From Eledone cirrhosa (Eukaryota), in contig OZ024740.1 in NCBI GenBank assembly GCA_964016885.1, forward strand, positions 324,198,001 through 324,262,000: a stretch of 64,000 bases of DNA. The letters are read 5' to 3'. The position numbers and the translations under genes were made by a program. The notes below the pieces were generated by a model, which did no database searches, had not been told where the DNA came from, and saw nothing but the letters and a program-made list of their open reading frames with translations. Below are positions 13,639-26,690 of the stretch, in pieces. The stretch's first letter is position 1; each line of letters opens with the position of its first letter.

Positions 13639-14079
13639 ATGGTGAACTGGTAAGAGATATGGCTTTTTATATCCCGAAGCACTACAGCAGACATCGGCAG
13701 ACGCTACTGAGTAGGAACATGATTTATTCATATGAATTAGTTTAGTATTTTGAAAAAAATGTAAACGTAAAAATTAGAGTGAGAGTGTGAGAGTGTGAGA
13801 GTGTCAGTGTATGTGAGTGTGTATGTATGTGTGAGTGACTAGTGATTCTATAACTACACAAAAGTCATCAATATATATAAGATATAACTACAGTTTTCTT
13901 CATCGCCAATGTGTATTTACGTTTACTGTTTATGTCCCGCAACTTAACGGTTCGACAAAGACGGATCAATAAATGTACCAGACATGAAAAAGTAATGGGC
14001 TCAATATGATCTAAATCTGTTTAAAGCGATGTCACATACAGCATGGCGGCAGTGTAATAAAGCAGGAATTGTATATATA

Positions 14080-14670
14080 AGAGGGAGAGAGACTGAGAGG
14101 GAGAAAGAAGAGAGTAGGGACGAGAGAAAGAGAGAGAGAGTAGGGACGAGAGAGAGCGGGAGATAGGATTAGAGAAAGGGAGAGAGAGGAAGACAGAGAA
14201 AGGAGAGGAAGAGAGAGAAAGGTGAGAGAGAAGGGTGAGAGAGAAAAGAGAGAGAGAAGGGTCAGAGAGAAAGGGTGAGAGAGAAAGGATAGAGAGAAAG
14301 GAGAGAGAGAAAGGAGAGAGAGAAAGGGGAGAGAGAAGGGTGAGAGAGAAAGGAGAGAGAGAAGGGTGAGAGAGAAAGGGTGAGAGAGAAAGGGTGAGAG
14401 AGAAAGGAGAGAGAAAGGAGAGAGAGAAAGGAGAGAGAGAAAGGGTGAGAGAGAAAGGGTGAGAGAGAAAGGAGAGAAAGGAGAGAGAAAGGGTGAGAGA
14501 GAGAAAGGGTGAGAGAGAAAGGAGAGAGAGAGAAAGGGTGAGAGAGAAAGGAGAGAGAGAGAAAGGAGAGAAAGGGTGAGAGAGAAAGGAGAGAGAGAAA
14601 GGAGAGAGAGAAAGGAGAGAAATGAGAGAGAGATAGGAGAGAAAGGAGAGAGAGAAAGGGTGAGAGAAAA
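14080..14670. repeat. GA-rich polypurine tandem tract
   Basis: Variants of gagagagaaagg(gt). Confidence 0.9.
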
Positions 14671-14935
14671 CGCGTTTGCTCGCGTAATAATTAGAAGTAC
14701 ATGTGAACGCTTTCATTCATTGAAAGCGATCTTCACACACATAACATAACAGTTATACATACATACATACATACAGTTACACATATATACATTCAGTTAT
14801 ACATACATACATGTAAATACTCACTATATGTATGTCACAGTAATAGCAGTATAGATATGGTATAAAATATAAACTATATTGACACAGACAGATAAGACTA
14901 ATACGGTTATTTTCAATATAACAAAGATAATTTCT

Positions 14936-15161
14936 TTAACCCATTAGCATTTAAACCGGCCATATCTGGCCCGAATTTTCTCACCTCTTTCTATTCAAAC
15001 TGGTTGTAACCAGCTGCTCATACTTATGTTAAGGTATTGTTCTCAAAATAAATATCAAAATCTCATAGATTCGATGTTATCTGAGATAATTATGTGAAAT
15101 AAAGTGTTTACCGTGGAAATACAATAGTAAATATAGAGTAATGTAAATGCTAAAAGGTTAA
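14936..15161. mobile_element. TTAA-flanked MITE (piggyBac-type ends)
   Basis: ttaaccc.ttagcattta ... taaatgctaaaaggttaa. Homologous copy at 43541-43757. Confidence 0.65.
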
Positions 15162-15165
15162 TTAT

Positions 15166-15710
15166 CATAATTGTTTCTACTATTGGCACAAGGCCAGCAA
15201 TTATCCCAGTGTATTACTGGTACTTTATTTTATCGACCCCTTAAGGATGAAAGGCAAAGTTAACCTCGGCCGGTTTTGAACTCAGTCCGTAAAGGGACGT
15301 AACTGTGCTGCAAAGCATGGCGTCCGACCCTCTACTGATACTGCCAATCCACCGCCCTTAATTATCATAATGATTCTAATATTGAAACAAGACTAGCAAT
15401 TTGGTGGAAAGGGACAGTCGACTATATCGATCCCAGTAATATACTGGTATTTTATTTAATCGAACCCGGAAGAATGAAAGGCAAAGTTGACCCCGAGGAA
15501 ATTGGAACTCAGAACGTAAAAAGCCGAAACAAACACCGCCAAGAATTTTCTCTGATGCTCCAACGATTCTGCCAATGTTATGATTTCTACTTTAGGCACC
15601 AGACCAGCAATTGGGGGTGAGAAAAGTCGATTAAATTGAGCTCATTGTATGACTGATACTTTATTTTATCGATTCCGTAAGGATGAAAGGCAAGCTACCT
15701 TGGCGGTATT
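15166..15710 (-). mobile_element. Three tandem family-A SINEs
   Basis: Three head-to-tail copies of the core. Confidence 0.8.
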
Positions 15711-16084
15711 TATAATTATAATGCAGTAGACCAGCTACGTGCACACATGCAGCTGTACACATATTCACACAGAGACCCGTACATGAATAATTATATACAC
15801 ACACATACATACACTCGCATATGCAGCTTTACATATGCATACAAACATATGCGAACAAATTCGCGCGCGCACACACACACAAATATGCACATAGATTCTC
15901 ATGCAAACAGATACACACACATGTAAACATCTAGTCACACATAAAAATATACATACATGCTCACAGACACATAAGTAAACACGCACACACACACACATAC
16001 GTACATGTTCACAGATTCATGTTTAAACAGGTGCACACAAAATATATACACATGTTCCCATAGAGATACATACGTAAACACATG

Positions 16085-16147
<63 letters not shown>

Positions 16148-16226
16148 CATGTTCACGAGGACACACACGTATATGCAGTCATAAACAGATATGCAGAAAA
16201 ATGTATGTTCCTATACAGACACACGT

Positions 16227-16288
<62 letters not shown>

Positions 16289-16624
16289 ATTACCATAGAA
16301 ATGTTATGAGCAGCAGAACCTTCAGCGCTGCACAATACATACCTGTACACGGACACACAGACACGCCAATAAACGACATGCTTCAATCACCTGTGAGTTT
16401 ATCTCACTACATGATACACACTTTTACTATTACACACAGAATCATGTCAATGTATCAACAAGTGGTCCTGACCTCAGTGTTGATAGAACTAACCAAGTGG
16501 TGGTGGTGGGGGCGGGAGAGGTTGACTGAACTTTTAGGCTAATTACCTGTGATTTGTATGAAATAAAAATACACAAAATAGAATAATACAGGTTTCTGAA
16601 TTTGGGTGGTGGGTTGGTTTAGCA

Positions 16625-16765
16625 TCGTCTACGAGCTTGTCTGGTCTTGCTCGGGGATCCAGTTGGATCAGTTGGAGTGGGTTGCTTCTGACCGGACCCG
16701 ATGGAAATAGTGTTTGAGGACTCTTTCCCCAAGACCCTCTCAGGAATAAGTGAGTGAAGAAGAAA
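16625..16765 (+). mobile_element. RTE LINE extreme 3' fragment
   Basis: Shares gttgcttctgac..gtgtttgaggactct..gaccctctcaggaataagtg..gaagaag with 21060-21185. Confidence 0.55.
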
Positions 16766-17423
16766 ATGGGTTGTTTAGAAGGAGTCATGAGTACAGGTTG
16801 GTGTTCAGTTTAGTGTGTTTGCTTTAAGTGTTTTGTGGAATGATTGGAGTAAAACGATCTTATTTATGTATATAATTAGTCTAGTTTCTAGCTTATATTC
16901 TATTTACTTCGCTATTTATTTATACATTTGTACATGCCTAAGGTTTATTTAGTAAAAATATATACACATACATATAGAATAACAGTCACAGAGAAACACA
17001 CTCATACATCGATATGTTCTCCCCTCCCCTTCTAGCAGGTGTGGTTATTTTCTTGTTAATCTTTTTTCGTCCGTTCCCATAAATTGATAAAAACTTTTCA
17101 AAAAAAAAAAAAAAATGAGTCAACACAATATAATATTTCAATTCTTTTTGAGGTGATTTTAAAAGCTTTGTGATTATTTAAACATTTGGACAGACATAAA
17201 AGCCCAACGACCCGTGTGAGGAAAACGTGGTGTTATTCCAACGTTTTGTTCAACACACTCTTGTCATAGAACAGGTTTTTAAAATATATCAGTTTTTAAT
17301 TTTTTTATTCTTTTCACAAACAAAATATTAGAAGTTATGACTTTCATAAAAGAGGATTGAAGTTAATAATAGAGGCATAAGTTGATTAATCTATAAGTAG
17401 GTGTAACCAAAAAGTTGTCTTAC

Positions 17424-17512
17424 CTCCAGTAGTGTGGGGAGTAACCAGGACACTGGTCTCCGCATTTTTGGCAGATTTTCCCCTTATCAGCTTCCTGGAA
17501 AGGGTCTGGACT
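17424..17512 (-). CDS. Internal coding exon SPDPFQEADKGKICQKCGDQCPGYSPHYWR, N-terminal Cys-rich domain of a Testin/Prickle/LMCD1-family protein
   Basis: Acceptor tgttttcctttacag, 89 nt open, donor GAG|gtaaga. The pattern G-x-x-C-x-x-C-x-x-x-C-x-G-[YF]-x-x-H-x-W-R matches the motif preceding the PET domain in Testin/Prickle3/LMCD1. The next exon (expected KIC..CKC) was not found in the window, and the paralogue cannot be resolved. Confidence 0.85.
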
Positions 17513-17534
17513 CTGTAAAGGAAAACAATAATGA

Positions 17535-17757
17535 TAATAATGGTTTCTTATATAGGCACAAGGCCAGCAATTTTGGAGTAGGAGAAAGTCGATTAAATCG
17601 ACCCCAGTGCGTGACTGGTACTTTATTTTACCGACCCCGTAAGGATGAAAGGCAAAGTTAACCTCGGCTGGATTTGAACTCAGATCATAAAGGGCCGTAA
17701 CTCTATGCTGCAAAGCATGGTGTCAGAACCTCTACCGATACTGCCAATCCACCGCCC
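17535..17757 (-). mobile_element. Full-length family-A SINE abutting the exon acceptor
   Basis: Complete head, core and tail. The tail ends ~20 nt from the 3' splice site. Confidence 0.85.
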
Positions 17758-17774
17758 TCACAATAATGATAATA

Positions 17775-18670
17775 ATGTATTTTGTTTGCCACAAGTGTCC
17801 AAGACAGTGACAATACCAGGACAAAAACAACACAGAGAGGGGTTTACATCAAAGGAAAGGGGACATCAGTGAAGAGAAAACATTAGAAATATCAACAGAA
17901 TTATAATATAACAATAAAACGCATTAACGAATGTCAACAAGGACCCGTTCCTCAATAGTGGAGGGTAGGACAGCGCTTTAAGGTAATTCAAGGGAGAACC
18001 CCATACAAAACCCTAGATTACCCTGTTGCCTCGCAGGCATTGAAAGTGCCTTTTCTCGATTTATTTCCTACTTAGAAAAGCATAGTCAGAGTAGGTCCGT
18101 TCAGACTCATCAATCTCGCCACTCTTACTCCCCATCTTTTTTTAAATACACTAGAAGGCAGCACCTCCCTCTCTACCCTCACATTCCTCCTCAAGTAAAA
18201 TTTGAAGAAATGGATGAAAGCTTGGCCAGACGAGTCCACCACACAGCTGACTTCTCCATAGCTATCAGGCAGATGAAGATTGCTGCACCTCCCTTCTAAA
18301 AGCGGGTGGCAGTTTAATTTTCATTACTGACCCAGCTGATAGTCGGATCTATCCTACACATGATAGCAGTTGTTCAACAAAAGCCCACAACTGTGGGCGA
18401 TAGCATACAGGAGAGTTTTGTCATCCTACGTGCATTTCGGACAGAGGCGGCTGTTGGTACTTTCGTGCATGTAGAGCTTGTCTTTAACTGGTAGTGTCCC
18501 TCTGTGGAACTGCCATGCCAAAGATTTTTGGAAATTATCCATAATACCCGACATGAAAGTCCTCTAGAAGAGTATTTTTAGATTGACCTTGTCAACACCC
18601 AGAGCCACTCTCAGGCCATTTTCGCGCATATCTTCCACTAACCATCTATAAAACGCAAATGTTGTTTTCC
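17775..18670 (-). pseudogene. Decayed 3' end of a Tx1/L1-clade LINE (zf-RVT region)
   Basis: Minus-strand translation ..DNFQKSLAWQFHRGTLPVKDKLYMHESTNSRLCPKC.. with internal stops. Ends in an (ATT)-like tail next to a SINE. Confidence 0.7.
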
Positions 18671-18737
18671 GGCCGCCTAATACTAATACAAATAATAACA
18701 ATTGCTATATTAGACACAAGGTCTCAAACATAGAATA

Positions 18738-19415
18738 TAATAATTGTTTCTACTTTCGCCACAAGGCCAGCAATTATCCCAGTGCATTACTGGTGCTTTA
18801 TTTTATCTACCCTGTAAGGATGAAAGGCAAAGTTAACCTCGGGGAGATTTGAACTCAGATCGTAAAGGGACGTAACTCTATGCTGGAAAGCATGGCGTCC
18901 GACCCTCTAGCGAAATTGCCAATCCACCGCCAAAATAGAATATAATAATTGTTTCTACTATTGGCACAAGGCCAGTAATTACCCAGTACATTACTGGTAC
19001 TTTATTTTATCGACTCCGTAAGGATGAAAGGCAAAGTTAACCTTGGCGGGATTTGAACTCAGAATGGCAAGGGCCGTAACTTTATGCGTCAAAGCATGGC
19101 GTCCGAACCTCTACCGATACTGCCAATCCACAATAAACATAAATAACAGTGCCCCAGCATGGCCTCTGCCTATCGGTTGGAACACGTAATTAAAAAAAAA
19201 TAGGAGTTATAATAAAAGTATAATCATTGTTATCACATATTAGGGCGGTGTATTGGCAGTAGCAGTATAGCATCGGACAACATGTTTGCAGCATAGAGTT
19301 ACGGCCCATTAAAGGGGCCGTGTTCAAATCCTGCAGAGGTTAGCTTCGCCTTTCATACGTACGGGGTCGATAAAATAAAGTATCAGTCACGCATTGGGAA
19401 CGATTTAATCGACAC
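18738..19415. mobile_element. Cluster of three family-A SINEs (two minus, one plus)
   Basis: 18738-18931 (-), 18944-19130 (-), 19242-19415 (+). Confidence 0.8.
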
Positions 19416-20451
19416 AGCCACTACAAATACATGCCTACCACAACTAGATACTCATAAAAAATAGACCTAACTATATACAAAAGTACACTAAAAAGCGAAT
19501 TACCATCCCAGCACTAACCATCACACACAAGCAGTTTATAAATAATAAAAAGCATGTCTTCAACTTATCTTCTTCCAATTAACAATCTGATAGCATCTCA
19601 GTTATTTCAAGAGGGAAATAAATTCCAGCCATCTTGTTTTTTCAAGAATCTCATTTTCTAGGCATGTTACAAGGTAAATGGGGCCACAAATAACGTGTCA
19701 TAGACCACCCTTAACATCCTAATTATTCTGATATAGACGGAAATTCAATTGTACTTCTAAATAGACTTACATTACTCAGGCTTATTAGTACACGTTTTTT
19801 TAAAGAAATTTAATAGGCTTAGAAGTAAAATAATCGTCGTTTATCAAGAACGGGGGCGGGCATATTAACCCTTTTCATCTGAAACCACGATTGGTTCTAT
19901 CATTCGAAACTGTTCCCTTTAAAAACCTTCCATCACAATTCTTTCAAAGAATCTTTAAATTAAGCCTCGAACACCAACTTAATATTGAGGAAGATAGTTT
20001 ATGTTACTAAATCCCTCCAAATTCTTGATTTTTTTTCCAAAATTATTTCATATCCATAAGTAGAAATATACCAAAGGAAGTGTTAATATGCTTTGTAGTA
20101 AAATATCATTGTTTATTTGAAATGGTGGGGTTAGTATGTCTGTCCAATATTTTTGGAACTCTGTTATATTGTTTGGTTAAGAATAAAGGAAAGGATCTAT
20201 CCACTAGATCAAACAAATGGACGGTAGATAATAATATCTACCGTTCAATAAATTGAAGTCAACAAACATATTGATATGTTATTTGTTATTCAATTTACCT
20301 GTCCTAATATTTCGAGTCTAAAAACCTTTCGTCAGAACACTATACTTAGAAACTGGCTCGGAGTCGGTACTTTCATTGTTATAGGCTCGCCACTTTCCTT
20401 TCTATGTATGCATGCAGTGACCTCTTTCTCTCTCTCATATATATATATATA

Positions 20452-20628
20452 TATAGGAAAAGAGTCAGGACCCCGACGGCTGAGCTCCAGCCGTTTCGAC
20501 ACCTAGAAGTCGAAATGGCCGGAGCTCAGCCACCGGAGTCCTCTTTTCCTATTACCCAATCTACTACCCTAAGTATTGAGTACTCTGGTGCGTTATGGTC
20601 CACTTGGTATCTTACCACACCCTCTTTG

Positions 20629-20631
<3 letters not shown>
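20452..20631 (+). mobile_element. Short fold-back insert. Family also at 9973-10058, 27712-27870, 59868-59930
   Basis: Inverted arms around gtttcgac/gtcgaaa, tail ..ccctaagtattgagtactctggtgcg.., flanked by (TA)n. Confidence 0.6.
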
Positions 20632-20682
<51 letters not shown>

Positions 20683-20919
20683 GAAAATTGGTTATTCTAA
20701 CATCAATTATCCGAATTTGGGATTATCCAAATAAGATTTCAAGTTCCTGTGAACATTTAGTTCATGTTGGTAGTTGTATAGTTGAAACTTTAGAATACTA
20801 TTGGTGCTACCATTTCGTCTTTTATTTAGTCATTAAAAAAAATGAATTGAATTACTGAAGAACATAAAAAAACGTTACATCAAAGGTGTTACCGACACAG
20901 GTATGACAATCGTGTCTCT

Positions 20920-21185
20920 TGTGTACAGATATGAAAACCATCTTATGTTGGTCCGGCTGCTACTTTTGATCTCAGTCTGTCACAATATTCTTTTTATAAT
21001 CATCCACCTGAAAACAACAGGCAGGAATCCCAGGGGTAGACCCCGAGCAGGGTGGTTCATCAGCTTGGCTGGTCCCACTCGGTGATCCAGTTGGTGACGG
21101 TTGCTTCTGACAGGACTCGCTGGAAGTAGTGTTTGAGGACTCTGCTCCTATGACCCTCTCAGGAATAAGTGGACGAAGAAGACCC
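20920..21185 (+). mobile_element. RTE LINE 3' fragment
   Basis: GRNPRGRPRAGW motif. Similar to 16625-16765 and 38000-38420. Confidence 0.6.
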
Positions 21186-21247
21186 ACCTGAAACCTTACA
21201 TAATTTTATGTAAGAAATCTTTGTTAAGCGAAATTCAGACAACAGCT

Positions 21248-21467
21248 TAATAATTGTTTCTACTTTAGGACAAGGCCAGCAATTACAAGGGGAGGGAAAA
21301 GTCGATTAAATCGACCCCAGTACTCACTGGTGCTTTATTTTATCGCCCCCATAAGGATGAAAGGCAAAGGTAACATCTGCGGGATTTGAACTCAGAAGTA
21401 AAGGGCCGCGACTTTCTGCCACGAAGCATTGTATCCGACGTTCTACCGATACTGCCAATCCATCGCC
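21248..21467 (-). mobile_element. Family-A SINE
   Basis: Complete core and head. Confidence 0.8.
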
Positions 21468-22656
21468 TCTACACCAGCCAAATAATGAATGAGTTTTTTT
21501 TTTAATTAAATCCCTCCCAAACATTTAATTACAATCAAAATTATTTGAAACATATAGGCAGTATCTTTGTCTTTCATTAGAAATATGATAACGAAATTGT
21601 TAAACATTGTAACACTTGAAAATGACTAAGATACTGAATTACTTTAAAACATGATAAAATCAGGGAGGTCTTTATTCCTTCTACATATCTATTACCATTT
21701 CTGTGAAGAGATAGTCAACACTATTGACAAACAGAAAAGTGATATGTCACAGTGTCTAAATCAATGTTTCTCAACGTTTTTTCGTTCGCTCTCACCCACC
21801 TCCTTTTCTTTTAAGTGTGGTGTATAGCATGATGTGTGAAGACACATGGCTTTGCGGTTAGAACAAGATACTTTATTTCCCATTGCTCCAGTCCACGGCT
21901 AGCAAAAATGAGTTGTATTTGTAATTCGAATGCCAACCTTGTCACATTCTGTCACGTTGAATCTCACTGAGAACTACGTTAAGGGTACGCATGTCTGTAG
22001 AATGCTCAGCCAGTTACAGGTTAATTTCACGACCAGGCAGTTCCGTTGATCGTATCAACTGGAGCACTCCTCGTCGTTATCGACGGAGTGCCGGTAATAG
22101 CGTAATGTATATATAGCATGCCCACCAAAATATTGCAATGCCCCATCCTGAAAAAGACTGTCTAGATCATAGTAAACAAGCATTAACTACTGCACAAGAG
22201 TAAAACATTTGATTGGGTAAATGATATAGAATCTTGGTAATCATTTTTTTTTTTCCTACATAATTATGTTCTGTATGTCTTCCTTTGTTTGCGATCCGAT
22301 CAGTTATCCGAACCAAATATGTCCAACCCTGGGCCAGATTTACCAAAAGCCAACGGGTATCTGGGGGCCTACTGAGATAAAACTAATTTCATTAAAAGTA
22401 ATGATGCGTCACATTGTATTCCTTTCATTATAATCTTATTATATATATATATAAGTATGTACACGTACATAGATATATGTATACAGACGTACAGTAGTAT
22501 GTATATATATATACATACATGCACACATATATATATGTACGTATGGATTCACCGAACATTTATTATAATGCTCGGTGTGTTTGTAAACAAACATCCCGTA
22601 TTAAGCCGTAGTGTCCAGCAACCATCGTTGCTCGTTTGTTCAACACTGACAAAGGA

Positions 22657-22699
22657 ACGCTGTACTAGTTTCAAGCTTATTAGCTATCGTCAGCAACGT
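22657..22699 (-). ncRNA. Minimal type I hammerhead ribozyme, intact core
   Basis: acgttg-CTGACGA-t-agct-aata-agct-t-GAAA-ctag-TA-cagcgt. 6-bp stem I with one G.U pair, palindrome ACTAGT. Confidence 0.75.
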
Positions 22700-24183
22700 A
22701 TACCTTCCTGCCAGATGGTTGAACGTATATACTTACCTTATGCATATTAACGGCTGAGTAGCCCAATATATAAATACATATTGGATACTGAAATATGCCG
22801 ACAGCTGTATGAATTTGGAGGTGCACTGGTCAGTTTGGGTTAGGGCCCACAAGTATGTAAATCCCGCGCTGCCCCATCTATCTTGTTCAGATAAATGGAG
22901 TGTTAACTGTATAGTAGAAGTCACCTATTATAACCACGGATAATATTATCGGGCGATTATTGTTTACAAAATTGGATCCCAAACACTTTGCTTAATGTTA
23001 TCAACCATTTTATATTAACGAAAAGGTTTCATAACAAAGTGATCAAGATAAGTAGATTTTTCTATATGGGGTGGAGGGGGGGGGGGTTCTTTTGTAAAAA
23101 AAAAAAAGAATGGATACTGGAATGCTATGGTTACCTAGCAACCTTATCTGAAAATTCTCCTAACTTTCTACGATACACGTGTTATGTCTCATAAGCCCTT
23201 TCATTCATTATTGACGTCATCAGGGTCGGCGTTACTATCTAACCCAACTAGGGCGCAAACTTCAGAGAGGAGCATTACTGGGTCTTAAAAGACCATAGTT
23301 TTATACAAATTTGTATAAATAACTTAAATATATATCTTGCGATCAATAAAGAAATCGCTAAACATCTTTGCTGCATAGCAGCATTGTAGAAATATATATA
23401 ACGAGGAAGAGAGTCGTATGGTGTTCTGACATGTCACAAGATTTGGCGTGGGTGAAGGTGGATTGTGCTGTATAAAATGCAGGCTTAGTAATTTTGTTAG
23501 TGTGATCAGAACAAGAAATGTCAAAGACTAGGTTAGTAAGCTTAGCAAAGTATAAGTAGAAATTATCTTATTTTGAAGAATGAGGAGATGCATAACATGG
23601 GAGGGGGCGTGTATTGTAGGGTTAGTCAAAGTCGTTAAGTATGAAGAGAGTGAGAGGGGAGTATATGAGGGAGAAAAAGGAAAGAGAGAAAAAAAAGGAG
23701 TGACGATAAACAGAGAGAAAGGAAGGGGGAGTGAGAGGAGCGTGGTAGGAAGAGAGTGTGATGAGTGATAGGAAGAGAGGACAAAGAGAAGAGAGGGAGA
23801 GAAAGGGGGAGAGAGAGATGGAGAGAGAGAGAGGAGGAGAAAGAGAGAGAGAGGAAGAGAGAGGAAGAGAGGTGAGGTGAGGAGAGAGGTGAGGAGAGGA
23901 GAAAGGTGAGGAAAGGTAATGAGAGGAGAGAGGTGAGGAAAGAAGACAGGAGAGAGAGGAAGAGTTTAAAAGGAGGAAAGAGAGAGAGAGGAAAGGAGAG
24001 ATATAGAAAATCAGGCGTTCTTAATCCGTTTCAGTCTCAATAAAATATAAAAAAGACAGTCGTGCATTGCGCGCGCGCGCACACGCACACGCACACATGT
24101 TCACTGATATGCACAGACAGATGCATACGTATATTTTCCAATACTATCTCTTTTTCTGTGTGAGAGGACGTTGCTAGGGTACA

Positions 24184-24222
<39 letters not shown>

Positions 24223-24837
24223 TACGTGTGTGTGTGTGTGTTTGCGTGTGCGTACGTACGTCTGTGTGTGCGTGTGTGCATGTTTTACTTTGTAGTTCCA
24301 AAGGGGAACAGGCTTGTAAAGTGTCAAATATGATAATTTTCCAGATATGAGGATGTGTAGCCTCATGGTTAAAATGATGAAACCACGATCTTATGATCGT
24401 GGTTTCCATCACTTGATCGGGCGGTGCGTTGTATTCTTGAAGTAAATGTTTCATGATAGGACTCGGTACCCTATCATTAAAGCACTCGAAAAACCTCCTG
24501 CGAAATACAACCTCGCTAAACCTGCAAAGGTGGGAATTGTATAGCAACATGACAGGACTGAGAGCCCCTATAATTAAAACACACAAGAAACCTCTTCTGC
24601 AATGTATTCTCACTGGATGGTAGCTAAACCTGCATAGGTGTGAAATGTAATTAGTCTTTTTTTTTTTACCACAAGTATTTTTTTGTTTTGTTTTTCACCG
24701 TTTAGAGGGGGGGGGGGATTGGTCATGGCCCTTACAAGAGCTTAAAGACTCGAGGACAGATGGAAGTAAGGAAAGTATCTTCAAACCGAAGACCTGCCCG
24801 AATGTTTACAACTGAGTGAACATTATTTTATAAACCC

Positions 24838-25225
24838 TGGATTGGCAGTATCGGTAGAGCGTCGGATGTCATGCTGTGATGCATAAAGTTACGGCCCTTT
24901 CCATTCTGAGTTCAAATCCCGCCGAGGTCAACTTTGCCTTTCATCTTTACGGGGTCGATAAAATAAAGTACCAGTAATGTACTGGGTAATTGCTGGCCTT
25001 GTGCCAAAAGTAGAAACAATTATTTTATAAACCCTGGATTGGCAGTATCGGTAGCGGGTAGGACGCCATGCTTTAGAGCGCAGAGTTACGAACCTACTTT
25101 TACGTTCTGAGTTCATATCCCGCCGAGGTTAACCTTGTTTTTCATCCATACGGGGTCGATAGAATAACGTACCAGTAATGCACTGGGGTATTGCTGGCAT
25201 TGTGCCAAAAGTAGAAACAATTATT
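24838..25225 (+). mobile_element. Two tandem family-A SINEs
   Basis: attattttataaacc occurs before, between and after the copies. Confidence 0.8.
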
Positions 25226-26118
25226 TTATAAACCTTGAAAAAAAATTAAAGACAAGGCTAACCTTGGCGGGAATTGAACTTAAAGCAAGGATAGCCGGAA
25301 CAAATATTACATTTCGTCCGACGCTCTAACAATTCTACCAATTCAGCACACCTCGTGCTGGCATATTATTTTATCAACCCTGAATGGATGATAGACAACA
25401 CTAACGTCGGCGGGATTTGATCTCAGAACAATGTGAGCCGGGACAAATACCGCAAGAGCAAAATACCTTCGATGTCTATGTGTGTGTATGTGTGTTTGTG
25501 TGTGCACTTTATATATAAAGTGCACACACAAACACACATAGGAGAAGACCGTTACTAGAAGTTAGTTGATCCTATTGACTGATGAATAGCTCATGTTAAT
25601 TTTAACCCGTCTGTTGAGAACTCTAATTCGATTTGTGATATTTTCTATTCTTACAATAATATACACAACTGAATTCATTCGCTTAATATAGCAGTTCCCT
25701 CCCTTGTTGGTCCCCCCGTGGATTTAGTAACGGTCTTCCCCTGTATTATTATTGAACTAAACGCCTGTTGAAAAAGTGACTTCCTTGTTCATCATCTTAC
25801 CAGAAGCCGGACATTTTTTATGTAGGCTGACGGTAACTGATTTAGGAGCCGCAGAAACCCAAATGCTGGAATTTACCATCTTTCCAGGGGGTCCGGGTAA
25901 ATTTTTCATTCATATATATTTTTATTTGTCTGACCCGAATTTTCTTGGTCGTATTTTTGCCTGTGCGAATGATTGTTTAAGCATCGTCTCAGTGTGTTGG
26001 TATTAAACGTTAGTTATAGCTCTGGTTTATCCGAACCATTGAGCACTTTGCCGCACATTTCGAAGATTGTGTTTCGTTATTTCGTGGGCCGAAGTTCCGA
26101 TTCTCGATAATTTATTTG

Positions 26119-26179
<61 letters not shown>

Positions 26180-26321
26180 TTTGAGTATATGTTAGTTGTT
26201 TACCGACATCTCAGATTGGAGCACTCGACGAAGTACGCAGGTTGGTTTGTTTACTCCGGAGTAATGTAAAATAATTAAGTTATATGTAAAATTTGGCTTC
26301 GTTTATTATAAATTAAAAATT

Positions 26322-26376
26322 ACTGCTATATATATTTCGGTGATAGCCATCATTGGCTGTGACCTTTTCAGGCAGT
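26322..26376 (-). ncRNA. Hammerhead motif (core CTGAAAA)
   Basis: Stem I actgc/gcagt, stem II ggt..agcca/tggct..acc, GAAA-tatata-TA. Confidence 0.65.
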
Positions 26377-26557
26377 CCGAATTGGTGTGGAAAAGACAGT
26401 TACACATGTTGTTGAAGTGTGTTTTATTCCGTCAAGACATATGATTCCAGTTCCTCAGAAGAATAACCACACAACCAGGAGCTGGACATATCGATGTATT
26501 GACGGAGTAAAACACACTTCAACAACATGTGTACCTGTCTTTTCCACACCAATTCGG

Positions 26558-26612
26558 ACTGCCCGAAGAGGTCATAGCCAATGATGGCTGTCACTGAAAT
26601 ATATATAGCAGT
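26558..26612 (+). ncRNA. Hammerhead motif (core CCGAAGA), inverted twin of 26322-26376
   Basis: Same stems. The consensus of the two copies is a canonical CTGAAGA core. Confidence 0.65.
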
Positions 26613-26690
26613 AAATTTATAATTTATAATAAACGAAGCCACATTTTACATATTTGACTTAATTATTTTATATATATACATATATATATA

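Larger units (their letters stand above)
26175..26670. mobile_element. Fold-back hammerhead element (arms ~26267-26440 / 26494-26670)
   Basis: Diverged inverted arms. The left arm has an extra tail related to 9780-9875. Confidence 0.65.
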
